A stretch of 10,221 bases of DNA, from NCBI GenBank assembly GCA_031425655.1, contig JANPJS010000232.1, positions 1 to 10,221 on the forward strand. The letters are read 5' to 3'. The notes beneath the pieces are model-generated. The model searched no databases, had not been told where the DNA came from, and worked only from the letters and a program-made list of their open reading frames with translations. The translations under genes were made by a program, and so were the position numbers. The DNA is from Abditibacteriaceae bacterium. Its GTDB lineage: Bacteria; Armatimonadota; Abditibacteriia; Abditibacteriales; Abditibacteriaceae. Positions within the stretch are counted from its first letter, which is position 1, and each line of letters begins with the position of its first letter. Shown here piece by piece: positions 8,003 through 10,221 of this stretch.

Positions 8003-9083
8003 GTTTTTTCGCGTTTTTACGCACGCGCTCAATCGTGGCGTTATCGAGCGCCTTCTCGAACGAGCGGAAGCCGGCTAATTTGAAGCCGTGTTTTCGGGAG
8101 ATTTCGCCGATGCGCGTGACTTGCTCGATAGTCAGGTCGCGGCCAAGAGTGAACGGCTCGTAAGTGCCTTCGAGCGCCATCAGAATCGTTTCGCTCATGC
8201 AGGCGTAGGCGGTTTTGTCGGGGAAGCCGAAGTTGAAATTAAAGTTGACGGGGCCGGGAATCTCAATCACGCCGCCTTCAATGACTAAAACGTCGTCGCG
8301 CTTTTCGATCACGGTTTTGCTGACGTCACGCGGGCGGGCCACGTCGCAAACGACGGCGCCGCGCTTCAAATCTTCGGGGAAAATCACGGCGTCTACGGCG
8401 CTCGATACCGCCAAAATCAAGTCGGCATCGCGCAGAGCTTCTTTCACTTCGGTCGTATAAGAAATCTGCGCGCGGCAGCCCGGCGTGCTTTGCGCTTTGG
8501 CGCGCAGTTCTTCCAACTTCTCAGGGTTACGTCCGGCCAAAGAAATCGCCGCGACTTTTGGCGCCAAAAGCTGCGCGCAGACCGCGCCAATCGAACCCGT
8601 CGCGCCGATAATGGCGACTTTGGCGTTCGCGATGTCGGTTTCCATCATTTCGGCGGCGCCCAGCAATCCTTCGATGGCCGTGAAAACCGTGTAGGAATTT
8701 CCGCTCGTCACGCTAATCACGCCTTCCAATTTTCGCGCGACCGTGAGGCCGGCATCGCCGACAACGGAGGTAAATGCGCCCAATCCGACGATTTTAGCGC
8801 CCAATTCAGCGCCCAAACGGCCCGTAGCGGCGATTTTCTCGTAAACGAACTCGACCGGCAGCTTTAATTGCTGTTCTGGACTCAGCGGACAGCCGACGAA
8901 CCAACCTTCGGCTTTGGCGCCGGTCGGCGATTCGATGCCGCTGATACGGCTCATCACTTTGGGCGAGATGCGTTTGGCGATTTCTTCGACCGCGATAAGA
9001 GGCAGATATTTGAGAATCGGATATTTGCGCGCCGCGTCGCGCTTTAAATCCATCGGATGTATGATGAAGGCGAACTTATTCAT
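7998..9083 (-). CDS. Acyl-ACP reductase-like NAD(P)-dependent oxidoreductase (COG5322-type; often auto-annotated shikimate/amino-acid dehydrogenase)
   Basis: 361 aa; FAFIIHP, IESPTG..AEGWFV, IVGLGAFTSVVG, TSGNSYT, Rossmann IIGATGSIG, DVARPRDV, EGG, YACMSET (Cys295), FTLGR, KHGF; same motif order as cyanobacterial AAR. Confidence 0.8.
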   Translation of the reverse strand: MNKFAFIIHPMDLKRDAARKYPILKYLPLIAVEEIAKRISPKVMSRISGIESPTGAKAEGWFVGCPLSPEQQLKLPVEFVYEKIAATGRLGAELGAKIVGLGAFTSVVGDAGLTVARKLEGVISVTSGNSYTVFTAIEGLLGAAEMMETDIANAKVAIIGATGSIGAVCAQLLAPKVAAISLAGRNPEKLEELRAKAQSTPGCRAQISYTTEVKEALRDADLILAVSSAVDAVIFPEDLKRGAVVCDVARPRDVSKTVIEKRDDVLVIEGGVIEIPGPVNFNFNFGFPDKTAYACMSETILMALEGTYEPFTLGRDLTIEQVTRIGEISRKHGFKLAGFRSFEKALDNATIERVRKNAKKH

Positions 9084-9164
9084 AGTTTTGAGTTTTGAGT
9101 TTTGAGTTTTGAGTTGTGAATTCGGGACTTTAACTCAAAATTCACAATTCAAAACTCAAAACTC
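9084..9164. repeat. Inverted pair of 7-bp tandem arrays (AGTTTTG)n / (CAAAACT)n forming a hairpin that fills the intergenic space
   Basis: AGTTTTG x4 plus AGTTGTG at 9084-9118; arms 9097-9122 and 9139-9164 complementary at 25/26; 16-nt loop. Confidence 0.9.
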
Positions 9165-10109
9165 GACCACACGTGGCTGCCATTCCAGCTTTTCCAATAG
9201 CGCGAGATATTCCGGCGCGGTGCGAGCGCCGAGCGCCACGAAAATGCCTTCCATGACATTGGTGCCGAAGCTGCGCCCGCCGAATTCGGGCGTGGTCGTG
9301 ATTAATCGCTTCAGGCCGCGCTCGCGCAGTAATTCGAGGTCGCGCGCCGTCGTGGTGTTGGTCAGAATGGTTTTTCCGTCTAATCGGGCCGGCAAATAGC
9401 GCCGAATTAGCAGAAAATCGCCAGCGATGATTTCGGCGGCTTCCATTTGACGCCGGTGCGCGGCGCTGTCTACGATTTCGTTTTGCTTGTCGCCGGTCGG
9501 GTAGAGCATTTTGAACGGCAATTTCGTGATGAGGGGCAGCATCAAAGCCGCCAGACGGCGCACCATTCTCATGCTTCGCACCGGAACATTCAAGCCAAGA
9601 TTAAACAGCAAGTCACCGAAAACGCAATTCGCGCCGGCAGCGGCAATTTCTTCGGCCATGCCAAACCGATCCACAGCCGAAACGACAAGCACGTTTTTGT
9701 TCTTGAAATCCAGCGTGCCCTTGTTTTGCAAGCGCCGGACCGTGGCGCGTTCTAAGGTATCTTTCAATCCGCTGCCATCCACCACCGGCGTGATTTTCGC
9801 CGCTGACGCCAATTTCGCCGCGTCGCGCATGATGTAGCGACGTGATCCGGCCACAACGTAAAGATCAATGCCGCCCAAGCCAATCGCGGCGACTTGGCCG
9901 TCGAGTTCGGCAATCGCCGCGCGTGCGGCGGTCAAATCGCCGTCCATCCCGCGCCGTTCGATGGAAAATTCCCGTCCGAGAAGCGTGGCCTGCGCCGTGT
10001 GATTTCGCTGCGACGAACCAAGCGAAACCGACACCACACGCAACGGCGTTTGAAGCGCAACAGGCGGCGCGTTTGTTTCAACAATCAAGGCCGGAGCCGG
10101 GGAAGTCAT
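9156..10109 (-). CDS. Conserved protein of unknown function (family I recall being auto-annotated 'quinate 5-dehydrogenase'); probable partner of the AAR-like reductase
   Basis: 317 aa from ATG 10109; motifs VVSVSLGSS.R, IGLGGIDLY, PVVDGSGLKDTLE, VSAVDRFGMA, FGDLLF, LYPTG, TNTTT, TTTPEFGGRSFGTNVMEG. Confidence 0.78.
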   Translation of the reverse strand: MTSPAPALIVETNAPPVALQTPLRVVSVSLGSSQRNHTAQATLLGREFSIERRGMDGDLTAARAAIAELDGQVAAIGLGGIDLYVVAGSRRYIMRDAAKLASAAKITPVVDGSGLKDTLERATVRRLQNKGTLDFKNKNVLVVSAVDRFGMAEEIAAAGANCVFGDLLFNLGLNVPVRSMRMVRRLAALMLPLITKLPFKMLYPTGDKQNEIVDSAAHRRQMEAAEIIAGDFLLIRRYLPARLDGKTILTNTTTARDLELLRERGLKRLITTTPEFGGRSFGTNVMEGIFVALGARTAPEYLALLEKLEWQPRVVEF

Positions 10110-10118
10110 GCGTGCGAA

Positions 10119-10127
10119 AGTATAGCA
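10119..10127 (-). promoter_or_regulatory. Candidate extended -10 promoter (TGcTATACT) for a leaderless or near-leaderless transcript
   Basis: Minus strand reads TGCTATACT-TTCGCACGC-ATG(10109); 9 nt between hexamer and ATG; no Shine-Dalgarno. Confidence 0.6.
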
Positions 10128-10133
10128 ACGGCT

Positions 10134-10203
10134 GGGCGGAGGGATGAGGGATGAGGGATGAAGGATGAGGGATGAGGGATGAGGGATGAGGGATGAAGGA
10201 TGA
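10134..10203. repeat. 7-bp tandem repeat (G/A)GGATGA x9 plus one degenerate unit GGGCGGA
   Basis: Nine contiguous units 10141-10203 (seven GGGATGA, two AGGATGA). Confidence 0.95.
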
Positions 10204-10221
10204 AAGTTGGCGCTACGCACG

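Noticed and set aside
7892..10203. CRISPR array or IS element suggested by the repeats
   Set aside because: No repeat-spacer periodicity, no cas or transposase ORF, no clear target-site duplication.
10110..10220. HPSSLIP-repeat N-terminal extension
   Set aside because: Translation of the heptamer array; a candidate promoter lies between it and ATG 10109.
1..10221. Taxonomic assignment (impression of an Armatimonadota/Abditibacteriota-like diderm)
   Set aside because: Only an impression from gene mix and repeat style; no marker gene in the window to support it.

Overview
Gene-dense, GC-rich bacterial window with eight well-supported CDSs. + strand: livF-type branched-chain amino acid ABC ATPase (34-738); secreted DUF1080 protein (941-1657) coupled by an ATGA overlap to a 996-aa secreted GH36/clan-D-like glycosidase (1654-4644); metal-dependent-type kdsA (4814-5650); M50 site-2 protease (5667-6320); membrane-anchored VanW-family protein (~6428-7888). 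Convergent on the - strand is a two-gene cassette: a conserved unknown protein (10109-9156) and an acyl-ACP-reductase-like (COG5322-type) NAD(P)-dependent reductase (9083-7998). The best candidate for an undescribed system is this cassette. By eye the two proteins look like distant paralogues; one keeps the Rossmann glycine motif and putative catalytic Cys, the other has Asn there, suggesting a two-component fatty-acyl reduction module of unknown product. The window also has five different 7-bp tandem arrays (three touching start codons, two supplying stop codons, one in frame inside the glycosidase), two REP-like palindromes, a TGA-interrupted small membrane ORF and candidate leaderless promoters. 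All family calls come from motif recognition; no searches were run.
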